Positions 39,391-53,666 of a stretch of 64,000 nucleotides of DNA are shown here, one piece after another. Below the pieces are notes generated by a model that made no database searches, had not been told where the DNA came from, and was given only the letters and a program-made list of their open reading frames with translations. The stretch covers positions 181,848,001 to 181,912,000 of the forward strand of contig NC_058368.1 of the NCBI RefSeq assembly GCF_018350175.1. The letters run 5' to 3'. How positions within the stretch are numbered: position 1 is the first letter of the stretch; every line of letters begins with the position of its first letter. This DNA is from Felis catus. Taxonomy: Eukaryota. The translations under genes and the position numbers were made by a program.

Positions 39391-42300
39391 TTACCAACAT
39401 GCTTCATTTTCATTACTAGAATCTTTAGTTATAATCTTACGTTTATCTACTATGTTATTGACGAGGCAAAAGTATTTCAGATCATTTCAGAGCCCTTTTA
39501 AGAGTGTAATATTCTGAAAGCTATATTCTGGGGAGACTACTCTCGCGGGTATGTGCAGACCAGGAGAGGGCAGACAAGGCAGAACACAGTTGCAGCGATC
39601 TAAATGGGACTTGATGAAGGTCTGGCCTTAGGGGAGAGAGGAGACATGAATGTTATCCCTCTCAGCTCAGAGAAAGAAATCCAGGACATTGCCTGAGGAT
39701 ACATAGCCATACAAAACTGAAAAAAAGAGCACAAAGGAATCCTACCCATTTTCTTTGTGACCTTCCAATGTTTTTCTTGGGGTAACAAGCATTTACAGAG
39801 CACCCACTAAGGACCTCAGTAGTATGTGTAACACTGCAGGCTGAAGGAGTTACATTTAAAATGTGTCTTCCATTTCCAAACTTGTACATGTCCATTCTTC
39901 CAATTTAATATGTTCAGCTAATATTCAGAAGACACAAAGAAACTAGAGAATTACTTCAAATTTTATTCTAAAGATAATCATGTATCCTGACCTAGTTGCA
40001 TAGTTTATAGGACACTTTCAGTTTCTTTACAGTAGCTAAATTATGAGTTTTCTGTTATTCAATTAGTTCGCACTGACTCCTGGAAGCCAGAGTTCAGAGC
40101 TGAAAGCATGGTCAAACTCATGAGATATTTACATATATTCATCACAGCACACCCTTACGATGACATTAATTAGAGTAAAATATATGAATTTCACTGTGTT
40201 ATGATTAGATACCACAATAATGTAGACTCTGCCACAAGGGTGGAGATATCTGTAGCAAGATAATGTTCTGAGCACTTAGAGATGGCAATGGTAGGCTCCT
40301 TGAGAGGAGCATTAAAAACTGATGACTTTTTCTTTTCTCTGAGGCTATACAGAGGTCATCATCCTTCCTATTAATATTAACTGCAGTGTCCCCAATGTGG
40401 TGCTTACTGAGAACCCATTGTCTGAGTGTCTGAAAAAGATGGAATATAATAAAGATCATTCCTGTCTATGCTTGTGTGACTTGTGTATGAGAACTCAGAA
40501 TTTCTGGTAACTGGAAAAAAGTTTTTAAAAATGACTTCAAGTATACTGCTGTTTGTCTGATTAATTATTATTAAGTAGTAAATATAACAAGATTTTCACT
40601 GAGTCCATAAACTACGCATATACATGTATGAAAGAAATGCTTCCATTATCCTTATTAGCTTTATTTTAAAGGTGAGAAAACGAAACCTTACAGGGGTTAA
40701 ATAACCTGCCTAAATTTACAGAGCAAGTAGGTGGTAGATCTAGGAATTACCCAGGCAAATCAATTTTCAAGCCTATACTCAGTCAATGTGTGAAGTTAGT
40801 GCATGGTTGTAGCCCCACATGGAGCAACCATACTGGCCCACACTTCCAGTAGCAGTTAGACTGGGATGCCTGTGAAGACAGAAACCATTTCTTAGCCATC
40901 CTTTGTTATTGTTGTTTTTCACACTCTTGTAACATAGTTGGGGACCTTGGGAAAAGGTATATGTGCAACTGGTTAGTCATCACTATATGACAATCATGGT
41001 GTCTTCCCTATTCTTCACAACCACCTCATAAAGTAGATGCTAGTATTCACATGGGGTGGGGGGAATAATACTGATCAAAGGAGCTGCCAAATTTGTGATG
41101 GTCACACAGCTAAGGTTTGAAGAGAGTATTTGAATTCAGGATGGTAATACTCCAAAGCCAAGGTCTTCACTCCAGTAGATGCATTTGCGAAGGAATCTTT
41201 GACTGAATGAATCTGACTTGTATCATATCCACTGCTTGGCTTCTCAAAGTCTGGTTTCTTTTGTTCACAAAAGAAACACACACACATATAATTTGTGTTT
41301 GTTCATTTACACTGCATCAAATTTCAAATATGATTCTAACTGGAAATGCAAATTACATTACATAAACTTGACGTTTTCTTGTGTTCCTCATGATCCTGAA
41401 AATATCTTTACCTAAAATGTAGATAAGCCATGAAACAAAGAAGTCTTCAATGATTGGGATCTTCAAAATGAGATCTTTTAAAATTTAAAATTAACATTCT
41501 ATTGGTTTGTTATGCATAAAAGTAGTTGAATAATGCTTCATCAGCTGAAATGGGAGAAAATTCTGAGCTCAGCTTTTGCCAGTTTCAAATTATGTGTGAT
41601 GATTAAGCATACTCCAGTTTTACTGAAAATTAAATATTGAAATAAACTGTGGCTTTTGATTTGTTAACTAAATGATGAATTATTATAATAAAACAGGAAA
41701 TGATAATAATCAGAGTCAACATTAAAGATTCTTTCCATTCTAGATATACATGTTTTCTCATCCTTACCATTCTACAAAGTTAGCAGTATGCTCATTATAC
41801 AAATGAGGAAGCTGAGGCTCCTCATGGTAAGTAACCTGCCCCAACCTACAAAGCTAGTAAGGGAAAGATTGGGTAATATGAACCCAGGTCTTTTTGTGTG
41901 CAAAGCCCTTTTCTTCTTTTTTTATGATTACCCTTCACTGGACAGTATATTTTGGTAAAGTTGGTAAAAATGCTTTCTTCTTTCCTTTCAAACAAAACAA
42001 AACAAAATTAAAAAAAAAAGAAGCAGTGGGGGAGAAAGCAACAATCCTTTGGTCTAGGAGAGGAAAATTAGTGATCACATGAGGAGACGAAAGAAGAAAG
42101 GACAGATTTCCTCCTAGTTACCTGGAAAATAGAGACTTGGTTAAAATCCAGGAAACTAGATTTTAGGGATGTAAGCAGCTAAATACTACCAAATCAGTAA
42201 ATAATAATACATCATCAAATAAATGAATACTGATACATCAACTAATAAATAGCAAATCAATAGTAAAAGGCTACAACGTACAAAATGAATCATTGGACAT

Positions 42301-43362
42301 TGAAACTCAGGTGTAAATAAGGTAGATGCCTCCTGAAACAGTTGAAAAAGGCTGATAAAATTAAAGAATTAGAACTAAATGATATACCAGGTTATAATAA
42401 TCTCATAATAATATTAATATTATAATTAATAATAAATAACATGTATTGAGCACTTTCCATGTGCCTAGTTCATGCTAGAACTTCATACTAATTAACACAT
42501 TAGTATCCAATAGTCATAATGAGGAAGTAATGGCACTTTCCCAATTTTATACATAGAAACTCACTCAGGATTCCAGAATTACTGGTAGAGTTGCAATTTG
42601 AACCCAGTTACATGTTCTCTACCACTCTAATGTACCCTTACATATGCAGTAGTCTTTACCATTAAGATGTATGCCTATCAAATTAAAAAAAAAATTCTCT
42701 GTGTCCTACATTGCGGTCATTGCTTAATGATGGTGATCTCACACTTCAAACAAAACACTCTACTTTTCTCTGCTCTTATTTATTGGGCTCCTCTACAAAT
42801 GAAAAACTTGCTCACAGTAGAAATCTTTTCTCAAAAAAAGTCTAAAAATGAATGGAATAGATAATTTTTAGGTTGTTTACTCATATGAAGGGTGCTTTAT
42901 ACACTTCACAAATCCCTGCCTTAGAAGTACAATAGAAAATGTATTTTCATTTAAAATGCTAAGTCTTTGATCTATGATCTAAATCACATTAATTCAAACT
43001 CTGTCAATTTGAAATTCATTGACTTATAGAATTTTAAAAATGAGCAAATTAGAAGGATAAGTAGGAGTTCAGTGGGAATATTTATCCTCCTTAGGAAAAC
43101 ACATTTGGGGCACGTAAAAAAATACAGAAATCTTGTAGCTGTTTATAAACAGTATGCCAATCCTAAGTGATATTTATATCATTATTAAAAGTAGACAAGT
43201 GGCACCTCTTTTCCTCAGTGTATTTGGTCTCACATGTACCCAAGAATGATAAACATATGTTTTATCATTAGTCTGATTTGCCTTAGACATTTGTATTCAA
43301 AAATTTGCCTTAGACCGGTGAGATTGGGATGTATGTTAAATAACTTAAAATAAGTACTTTAA

Positions 43363-45500
43363 AATCTATTGCATTCTATACACTAATAATAAACTAACAG
43401 AAAGAGAAATCAAGAAAATAATTCCATTTAAAATTATATCAAAAAGAATAAAATACCTAGGAATAAATTTAACTAAGGAGGTGAAAGACCTATATACTGA
43501 AAACTCAAAGTCACTGATGGAAAGAAACTGAAGAAGACACAAATAAATGGAAGGACATTCTGTGCTCATGGAATGGAAGAAGTAATATTGTTAAAAATGC
43601 CCATATCAGCCAAAGCAATCTACAGATTCAATGCAATTCCTTTCAAAATCCCGTGGCATTTTCATAGAACAAAAATAAGTAATTCTAAAATTTGTATGGA
43701 ACCATAAAGACCCCAAGTAGCCAAAGAAATCTCAAGTGAAAAAAAAAAGCCAGATGTATGCTCCATTTTCATACTATACTACAAAGCTACAGTAATCAAA
43801 CAGTAAAATAGTATCATAAAAAGAGACACACAGATCAATGGAACAGAAAAAGAGCCCAGGAAGAAACCTAAACATATGGTCAATTAATTTATAACAATGG
43901 AACCAAGAATATACAATAAAAAAAGACAATTTCCACAATAAATAGTATTGGAAAAATGTTTATCTACATGAAAAAGAATGAAACTAGACCACTATCTTAC
44001 ACCATAAACCCAAAATGGATTAAAAGACTTGAATGTGAGATCTGAAACCATTAAAGTCATAAATAACATAGATGGTAAGTTCTTTGATAATGGTCTTAGT
44101 GAAGAATTTTTGGATCTGACTCCAAAGGCAATGGCAACAAAAGCAAAAATAAACAAATAGAACTACATCAAACTAAAAAGCATCTCTACAGTGAAGAAAA
44201 TTATTAACAAAATGAATAGGCAACCTACTGAATGAGAGAAGATATTTGCAATCTATATATTCAATAAGGGGATGATATCCAAAATATATAAAGAACTTAG
44301 TTCAATAATAACAACAACAAAACTCACAAACAGTCTGATTTTAAAATAAGCAGAGGATCTGAAAAGAAAAAAAACAGTTTTTTCCAAAGAGGACATGAAG
44401 ATGGCCAAGAGGCACATAAAAAAATGCTCAACCTAACTAATCATCAGGGAAATGCAAATCAAAACCACAATGAGATATCTCCGCACCTCACACTTGTTCA
44501 AGTGACTATCATCAAAAAGATGATAAATAAAATAAAAAGTGTTGGCATAGATATGGATAAAATGGAACCCTCAGGCACTGTTGGTGAGAATGTAAACTGG
44601 GGCAAACACTGTAGAAAACAGTACGGGGGTTCCTCAAAAAATAAAAAAAATAGAACTACCATATATATGATCCAGCAATTCCACTTCTGGGTATCTATTC
44701 AAAGAAAATAAAAACACTAAAATGAAAAGATATATACACCCCTAGGTTCATTGCAGTATTATTTGCAATACCCAAGATATGAAAACAACCTAAGTGTCTA
44801 CTGATAGATGAATGGATCTATCTGTATTCTATTATGTAAATAATACATATTATAATACACATATAATATATATATTATAGATATATATCTGTGTTCTACT
44901 ATATATATTATATCTAATATGTTATATCAGATATATTTATATATACTACTTATATATAAATATATATTATGTATGTGTATATATATATACATGTATATTA
45001 GAATATTACTCAGCCATAAAATAAAAGAGAATGAGATATTCTCATTTGTGACAACACAGATAGATCTTGAGGGTCACATGCCAAGTACAATAAATCAGAC
45101 AGAAAGACAAATAACATGTGATTTCACTCATATGTAGAATCAAAAAACAAGACAAAACAAAACAAAACCCAGACTCATAGATACCAACAAACTGGCAGTT
45201 GACAGAGGGGCAAGGAATTGGAGGAAAAGAGGGAGGGGGACGAGGTGGGTAAAGGTGATCAAAAGGTGCATATTTCCAGTTATAAAATAAATAAGTCATG
45301 GGAATGTAATATACAGCATGAAGGATACAGTCAATACTATTGTGTCAGCTTTATATGGTGATGGATGGCAATTAGACTTACTGTGGTGATCAGTTTACAA
45401 TGCATACAAAATTCTAATCAGTATGTTGGACACATGAAACTAATAGACTATTATATGTAAACTATACTTCAATTTAAAAATTAAAAAAAAAAACACACAC
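43363..45500 (+). mobile_element. 5'-truncated older L1 (L1MA9/L1_Carn-like), ORF2 3' part + 3'UTR
   Basis: Decayed ORF2 (KYLGINLTKEVKDLY; IYRFNAIP), 3'UTR, A tail; TSD AAAATAAGTACTTTAA / AAAATAAGTAATTTAA. Confidence 0.9.
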
Positions 45501-45705
45501 AAAATAAGTAATTTAATTAAATCAGAGTGCACAAAACCATATAAGTCCTATGAAGCACAGTTGCAAGCAGTCTCAACAATATTAGCCCTGGGTAGTCTCA
45601 GAAATTCTTCCTCTGACTTAGGACAATGTTTCTCAAGCTAGTTTTCTGAAATAAATAAATACATATTCTTTGTAAAGTATTCTGTGTCATAGCTAAGTCT
45701 GGGCC

Positions 45706-46515
45706 CAACATCAGTGATCATCAGGGAGATACAAATCCAGACTACAATGAGCTATCACCTCACACCTGTCAGCATGGCTAAAATCAACAATACAAGAAAC
45801 AACAGGAGCTGGCAAGTCTGTGGAGAAAGGGGAACCTTCTGTTCCCTACTGTTGGTGGGAATGCAGACTGGTGCAGTCACTCTGGAAAACAGTATGCAGG
45901 TTCCTCAAAAAGTTAAAAACAGAACTCCCCTAAAATCCACAAATCACACTCCTAGGTATTTATCCAAAGAATACAAAAATACAAATGCAAAGGGATACAC
46001 GGACTCCGATGTTTATAGCAAAATTATCAAAAATAGCCAAATTATGGAAGCATCCCAAATGTCCACTGACTGATAAATGGATATGTGGTATGCATACACA
46101 ATGGAATACTGTTCGGTCATAAAAAAAATAATGAAATCTTGCCATTTGCAATGACATGGATGGAGCGAGAGAGTAGTATGCTAAGTGAAATAAATTAGAG
46201 AAGGACAAATACCATATGATTTCACTCATATGTGGAATTTAAGAAACAAAACAAATAAGCAAAGGAGAAAAAAAAAGAGAGAGAGGCAAATCAAGAAATA
46301 GACTCTTAACTGTAGAGAAAAACCTGGTTACCTGATGGTTACCAGGGGGGAGCTGGGTGGAGATGGATTAAATAGGTGATGGGTATTAAAGAGTGCACTT
46401 GTTGTGATGATCACTAGGTATTGTATGGAAGTGTTGGATTACTGTATTGTACACCAGAAACTAATATTAGACTGTATGTTAACTATTTTATTTAAATAAA
46501 AACTTTTAAAAAACA
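45706..46515 (+). mobile_element. 5'-truncated carnivore L1 3' end
   Basis: IIREIQIQTTMSYHLTPVSMA ORF2 peptide, 3'UTR, AATAAA tail. Confidence 0.9.
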
Positions 46516-48009
46516 TGAGAGTAAAAAAAGCTAAACAACTTTCTTTCTTGTTGGAGTTCTCTGATCATCCAGTATGCTAAAATATGTGGTGAATATCCAA
46601 GAAGTAGATTTTACAGGCAATGTTTTCCAAGCTTAAATGTCATTGTGCTCATCTATTCTTGTAATTTGAAATTGTTTTGTACAAAATATCATCTTAGAAA
46701 AGGTTCTTCTAAGTTAACCACGAATTGAGAGAAAATCCTGTCATGTATGTAGTCTTCTATTTCTTTTCACTTCTCCCAGCTTTCTGGAGAAGCAAGTATT
46801 TCCCACCAAATCACTGAGTTGCTTGAAATAACCTCACTCCAAGTGGCCAGTCTGCAGCTTGACATTGGCCATCACTGATTTTGTAAGAAAAGATATTTAC
46901 AACATTTAATTAGGCTTTGAACATTGTGGGCATTTCTTGTTTCAGATTCTAGAGTTTGGGAGGAGTCTATAGATTAATATTTTAATCATATATTATTTTT
47001 AACCTTTCTTTGCCTTTCAGACACTCTACAATAGAAGCTCTATCTGACTTTCCATCCTCGTTTCCAAATATCTGCTGTATGAATCCACTCCATCAAAGAC
47101 TATTCTGTTGATTGCATTCTGTTCATTTATTCATTTGTTCATTAAAAATATTCACCTGTGCCCACATTTTCCCAAGCACTGAGTTAGGCCCTAATGATAT
47201 GAGTGATGAATATGACAGACACAAATTTAAATGGGGGAAAACAGATAATTTAAATGAGGTATATAAGAAATCAGCATAATGCTAGTTACAAATAGAAGGG
47301 GCTAACTCAGCTTCGGTGACTTAGGGAAGGCTTTTTAATAAGAATGACTTTCAAAACTGGGCACATGATGAGGACCTCAATAGGCATTTCTTAGTCAAGT
47401 AAAGATTGCATATTTTAGGGAAAGAGGATTAGGTAGTGTGGCGATGTCCAGGCATAGAGCAGAGTAAATAACATAAGCAGAGATAGCAGAGAGCTTGCTG
47501 TGTTCAAGGAATTGAAAGACATTCCCTAGATGGGGTAGAGATCAAGAGTGAAAATAAAAATAAATGTGTTCAGAGTAGGAAACAGGGACAGATCTTAACC
47601 CAAAATGTTTTAATCACAATTTCCTTCTTTTTTTCTCATTTGCAGAGTATAATTACCTTGCCCATTCTTCTAGTGTTTTATTCCTAAAATGTTTTACCTA
47701 AATTCTATCCATTCATGACCATAAAAAATCAACCATCGCACAGAAATCTTGCTTTCACAGAACTGCAATAAGAGTTTCTACCAGCCTGATCCATTAGTAA
47801 TAGCCCATGGCAACTTGTACATAGAAATACAAACAACAATGCGTGTTCTTTCCCTTTGACCAACCTGAAAAGTCTGAGGGTAAAGTTTGCACTACTTTGA
47901 AGGGAAAAGGAATCCATCCCACCCCAAAACCATAAATATTCTGCACAAAATAATTAAAAATAAGAGGGTGCTGGCATAGTCAGGAAAATTTTATATCTTA
48001 CCAATAAAC

Positions 48010-48480
48010 TATTTTAAGAATGTCTCCAGATTCTAGGAATTTATTTAAAGAAAATAATAAGGCAAATGTACAATGATGTTCATTACAGTTGGCTTATTAT
48101 AGTAAAAAAGTTGGAGACAGTTTCAAGGTCCTTCAAAAAGGGATCAGTGTTAAAAACTGATGGTTTATCCACACAAAGGAATACCATGCAGCCATTAAAA
48201 ATAATGATGTAGATCTAATGTTGATATCAAAAGGATTCCATGACATATCATTAAATGACAAAAGCAGGCTGCCAATAGATGATATGGTATGATCTCAATT
48301 CAGTAAATTTTATAAATACTTTGCCACAGAAAGATGTTGAAAATAATAGTCACAAAAAGAATAATAATGGTTAATTCAGGATGGGGCATTTTCAGGTGAT
48401 TTTTGTTTTTTTCTTTATATTCAGCTGTATTGTTTGATTTCTTTGAAGTCATAGATAATAGTTTCATCGGGAGAAAAATT
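48010..48480 (+). mobile_element. Ancient L1M (L1MC/ME-like) 3' fragment
   Basis: TTCTAGGAATTTAT..GGAATACCATGCAGCCATTAAAAATAATGA. Confidence 0.6.
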
Positions 48481-49274
48481 TGAAAAATCTAGTTAAATTC
48501 TGATTTTAAAAGAAGAAAACTCCATTTTCAATGGACAGGATAGTCTAGTGCCAATTTTAACCTGCAGCTCATTAGGCAAGCAGTTCTCAGATGTTTTTCT
48601 TCTTGGATATGGCCAATGGCTACCTCATTTGGGACTTCCACAGACATGAAACAATCTGTGGCTCCTGGGCCTTGTCAGGAGGGAGCTGGCTGTTATTCCA
48701 CTTCTCACTCTCCCAATGATCTTGGATATGAACTGTTATATTAGACTATTGGTCTGACATGCCCATAGGGAATGAAATATGTTCTACAAGATATCTGAGT
48801 CCTCGGATTTGGAAACGTTGGTAAGAACACAGTGTCAGATTTTGACTGGTATTAAAGGGAATAATAAGGGAATTTTTTCTCTATTCAGGAAATAAGAGCT
48901 TAAACCTCATAAGAATTTGGTTTAACAGGTGCTTTAGTAAATGTTTCTCATACCAATGACAGTATTTTATACATCAAACTGAGTTCCATGAAGGCAGACC
49001 TGAAAAGAATCAAGTAAATATAACCCATTATCTTCTCATTTATATCCCACCCATTTGTATCTGACTGACATCCTAGGTTTATATGCTTAATTTTCTTCTT
49101 TGAAATAATGTCTTCCATCTTCCAGAAAATCCATGACCTTTATTTCCTTTACAATCAGGTATCAAATCTTCTCAATCAGAAAACCTTCCTTCATGACTCC
49201 TCTTAGCTCAGAGTGTGACCTTATACTGGATCTCCTCAGCACTTACCTATTGAGTCTACTCTCATCTCATTTGT

Positions 49275-49498
49275 TTTTTATTTTTATTTGTTTTAATATT
49301 TTATTTATTTTTGAGACAGAGAGAGACAGAGCTTGAGCAGGGCAGGGGCAGAGAGAGAGGGAGACACAGAATCTAAAGCAGGCTCCAGGCTCTGAGCTGT
49401 CAGCACAGAGCCTGACACTGGGCTCGAACTCACCAACCATGAGATCATGACCTGAGCCACAGTCCGACGCCCACCCGACTGAGTCGCCCAGGCGCCCC
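49275..49498 (-). mobile_element. Relatively young feliform Can-SINE
   Basis: Retains CpGs (CCAGGCGCCCC); perfect 17-bp TSD ACTCTCATCTCATTTGT (49258-49274, 49500-49516). Confidence 0.95.
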
Positions 49499-49677
49499 AA
49501 CTCTCATCTCATTTGTACATCTGGGTAATGTGGTACTGTGGGGTTTCCAAGTCTACTCCACTTCCTGAACCTTCAACTTCCATGACAGTTGCATATTTGC
49601 AGCTTGTTGAACATATCCTCTGCTTTCTAATATGCCACTTTTCCTTATTATCCTCTTCTAAAATACATAGCAGTGAT

Positions 49678-50080
49678 TGCTATGGGCTTAACTGTGTCCC
49701 TTCAAAATTTATATGTTGAAGACCTAACCACTGGTACCTTTCAATGTGACTATATGTAGAGATAGGGTCTTTAAAAGTGATTAAGTTAAGATGAGGCTGT
49801 TAGGAGGGGCCCTAATCCAATCTAACTGATGTCCTCATAAGAAGAGGAAATGTGAACACACAGAGAGATACCAGGGGTATGCAAGCACTGACAAAAGACC
49901 ATGGGAGGACACAGTAAAAAAGTAGCCATCTGCAAGCCAAGGAAAGAGGCCTCAGAAGAAACCAAACCTGCTGATACCTTGCCTTGGCCCTTCAGTTTCC
50001 AGAACTGTGAGAAAATAAATTTCTGTTCTTTAAGTCATTCAGTCTGTGGCGTTTTGTTAGGGTATAGCCCTAGCATATAT
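49678..50080 (+). mobile_element. MLT1A/B MaLR LTR
   Basis: TGCTATGGGCTTAACTGTGTCCC start; CCAGAACTGTGAGAAAATAAATTTCTGTT end. Confidence 0.85.
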
Positions 50081-50679
50081 CTATATATAGTAATCTAAAT
50101 CCCAATCCTCCATTAACACTGAAAGTTAAGCTCAAAGGGAGAATACTATCTTTAAATAAACTATTTCAAACTTCTTCATTAAGCAATCTATTTTGATTTG
50201 TCCTCCATAGGGAAAAATTTTTTAGGGAAAAAAAATTGCTCCTTGGTATTTCGTGTAAGTTAAAAGGAAGTTGGAGTTAGAATCACAATGGACCTATTAT
50301 TTCTGTCCTGGTGAAAATAATTAAAATGAGGCAGGACTCCTCTTGGTCAGAAGTGTACTTCTCCAAAAAGAGACAAAAAATTAAAGGATCAAACTAAAGG
50401 ACAGATTCTCAATAATGTAATATGTAGCCATCTGAGGGCAAATTAAAGGGTTGGAGATAGTAGTAATAAGGTCTGATATTAAAAATAAAAATGGGTATTG
50501 GCAATGAAACTAACTACTTTGATTGGGAATAACATCCATGTGCAAACTTTTACAGGTCTTTAATCCTTGGTACTTCAAAACAGCTATCTCAAAAGAATCA
50601 GAATATCATCTAGACTACTTAAATGAACAAAAATTTAATTTCATAAACACGCATAAAAGGCACAAATTTTTTTTTTCAA

Positions 50680-51380
50680 TTGGAACTCAGTAAAATTAAG
50701 AATTTCTTTTCAAGCTACCACTGAGAAAATTAGAAAAGCAAGTTATGGCCAGATAGAAGTCTATCTACTCATACATCTAAAATCTAAGGAAGCAAATCCA
50801 TAAGAAAAAGAAAATTAACCAAATAATTTTAAAAATGGGCAGGGCACTTAAACAATTATTTCAGAGAAAGAGAGAGAGAATATCCAAATGACCCCGACCA
50901 TTATACTATTCATAGAGACAAAACAAATCAAAGTCACAAATGGATACTAACATATCCTCCTCCGGATGTCTAAATTTAAAAACTGAGAATATCAAGTATT
51001 AGTGATGATATAAAGGAATGAGAATTCTCTCATTCATTACTAATGGATGACTATCACAGAAGAAAGGTTGAGTGAAGGAAGCCAGATGACGGAGAGTACA
51101 TAGAGCACAATTCTATTTATGTGGGGTTAAGAGTAGGAAAAACTAGTCTATGGTGATTAAAAGTAGTATAGTTAATTGGGGATGGAGTATTAATTAGGGG
51201 TGCTATGCAGGGGTTATAGACAGGAAAGGGAGAAAAATGAAATTTCTAGTGTGAGAGAAATATTCTGTATCTTCAGTGGTGGTAGTTACATGGGTGTATA
51301 CGTATGAAAAAAAATCCATTGGAGTGTACCCTTAAGGTTCATGCATTTTACCATACATATGCTAAACCTTAATCAATAAT
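50680..51380 (+). mobile_element. Ancient L1M (L1MD/ME-like) fragments
   Basis: AAAAATGGGCAGGGCACTTAAACA; GAGTGAAGGAAGCCAGA; GTGGTAGTTACATGGGTGTATAC. Confidence 0.6.
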
Positions 51381-52124
51381 TTTTAAGTATATGTAATTTG
51401 ACAAACCTTAGTACTCCATACAGCAATCTCGAGCAGTGTCTCTGTTACCATCATTTGTGGTAGATGTTATTGACTTGAGACATCTTGTTATTGACTTGAG
51501 AAATCTTGTTATTATATTCCACAGGTAGCAAAGGAATTGCTGTTTAAATTATTATATAATATAGATTTTATCCATAATTAGATTATAAATTACCGGAAGG
51601 CAAGCAATGGTTCATATATCTGCCTTTTCAGAGTATTTACCATAAGCTAGGGATTGCATGTGAATTGCTGAACAAACAGTATTTCTTTTTATCCTCAGCT
51701 ATTTGGAAAAGAGGTATCTATCCTTTTTTCTTTTTCTTTTCCCCACAGGTAAGCCTAAAAGCAACTAGCTGGTTGGTAGAGGAATAAGATTCAAAGACCT
51801 GTTTTTTTTGTTTTTGTTTCTTATTTGTTTGTTTTTGCAAGACAATATTTTCCAGCAATACTATACTGTATACATTATATGGAATACTAGATATATAAGG
51901 TATATATTATACTAGAGGACAGTATACCATAATATTATAGGGGATATTTTACATTGTATTGTTCAATCTTTTGCTTCTCTACTGGATTTTAAGCTCCTAA
52001 AGGGCCACAATTATATCTTCTATTTTATTCTGTCTTATTCCTTGACTTTTTTTTTTGAATAGGGAATTAAATGTAATGGGCTCTAAGTTAATGAGGCAGA
52101 CAATGAAAGACAAGAAACCAGTAC

Positions 52125-52340
52125 CTGTGGTATGGCCAGTTTCTGCAGTGATGGGAGCTTCTCGATATACATGGCCAAAATCAAAGGCAAACATTCTGCA
52201 AATATATGACAAGGCTATTATCAATGACAAGAGCAGCAAGCTTAGGCAGAACAAAAATGTGCTCAGCAGTGGTACAAACAGAGAATTCTCAATTTCCCCA
52301 AACGTCTTACAGATTAAAAAGCACTGAGGTACTTGGGTCT
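52125..52340 (-). other. Candidate 216-nt exon, possibly of the same decayed gene
   Basis: Acceptor gtttgtttcttAG, donor CAG|GTACTG, length divisible by 3; phase-1 frame is open (ETQVPQCFLICK...LFVPLLSTFLFCLSLLLLSLIIALSYIC...ETGHTT). Confidence 0.4.
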
Positions 52341-53666
52341 CTAAGAAACAAACATGAGATAGATGGAGGTAAATGGAAAACAATACTGTATTTCTACACA
52401 GGAGTTTTTTTGTTTTGTTTTGTTTTGTTTTTGTTTTCTAAGTAGGAGATTTTAAAACTAACTGACACATATCTATGTTGACTGGAAAATAGTATTTTAA
52501 ATTTTACTTATTCATCTTTCCTGAGAACTCTTTGAAATATTCCCCTTGACTCTCCCTTCATGATCACTCAAAAATAGCCTCTCACTTCCTCTAGTTCCCT
52601 ATATTATGACCAGTTTTAGCTAAAATGGTAGAGGAAGCAGATCTTGCCTCTGGCTCCTGCCCACCTCTCCTTTTATCTTACCTCCCCCAGATGTTCTCCA
52701 TTCCCCCTAAGTCCTTTCTCTAGTGACACTTGGTGATAAGAGTGTTGTTAGGAGCTATGCATTCTAGGGGGATTTGCATTTTAATAGGCCTCTCTCCCAC
52801 TTAGAGGCCTCTGCACGAGATCATCTGTGTGCAGTTAGGGAATGTTTAGCCTGCCCAGTGTTCAAAAGACAAGTAATAACTACAAAAACTATTGAGGAAA
52901 TGTGTACAAACAAAACAAAACACTTTTTTTTAAGTTTCCAGGTTGTTATGAAAAAGAAAAAAAAAGTTGGCAACACTAGGCTTATATTCTCAAATGCAAC
53001 CATTAACCGGAGGTGTGCAGAGGCTGTCTGCTCTACAAGGTTATGGGGTCTCCAGGATGCCACAGTTCCTACCACTCACTATCACATCCTTAACACAGAG
53101 GAGTAGTCAAGTGCCATTTATCAGCGTTTGAGTTGTTATTTTACTGGGAATACAGGAATATTTCTCAGCATCCAGATAATCTATCCAAAGTGAGAACGTA
53201 ACAGGTAGATCAAGAAGACATTTCTTTTTTCTTACATCAAAGGTGCTTTACTTATTTACATGACTTGACTGAACTATGTAGACACTAAGTGTGTGGCTCA
53301 ACTTTAGCCCCTAATTTTAGATTGTAAGTGTAATAATAGGAAGTAGAAAGCTCCGTTCTGGCTAGGATTCAGTCAGTCAGTCAGTCATCTCATATTTACT
53401 GTCTGCCATTGGTCAGACACTGGGACAGGTACCACAAAAGATGGTGATGATGCTAAAAATTATTAATAGTTCCAGAAATCCAAATACTGTCCTAATCATG
53501 GTCTCATTTGATCCTCACAACAACCTAAGAAGTAGATTCTATTATTAGCAACTCACAGAGGAGAAAACAAAGGATCAGAGAAGCAAAGTGATTTACCCAA
53601 GACCTGCTAAGAAGTGATCTGGTTGGGTTATGAATCCACCAATCTAACTGCAGAGTACAGCAGTCT

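Noticed and set aside
49267..49500. SINE-spanning ORFs (also 7715-7969, 30849-31055, 35436-35717, 53525-53911, 63777-63974)
   Set aside because: Chance frames through Can-SINEs.
51466..51514. Short tandem duplications (21-bp unit here; 15-bp at ~11846-11875; others at ~36676 and ~58250)
   Set aside because: Two-copy slippage duplications without spacers; not CRISPR-like or otherwise organised.
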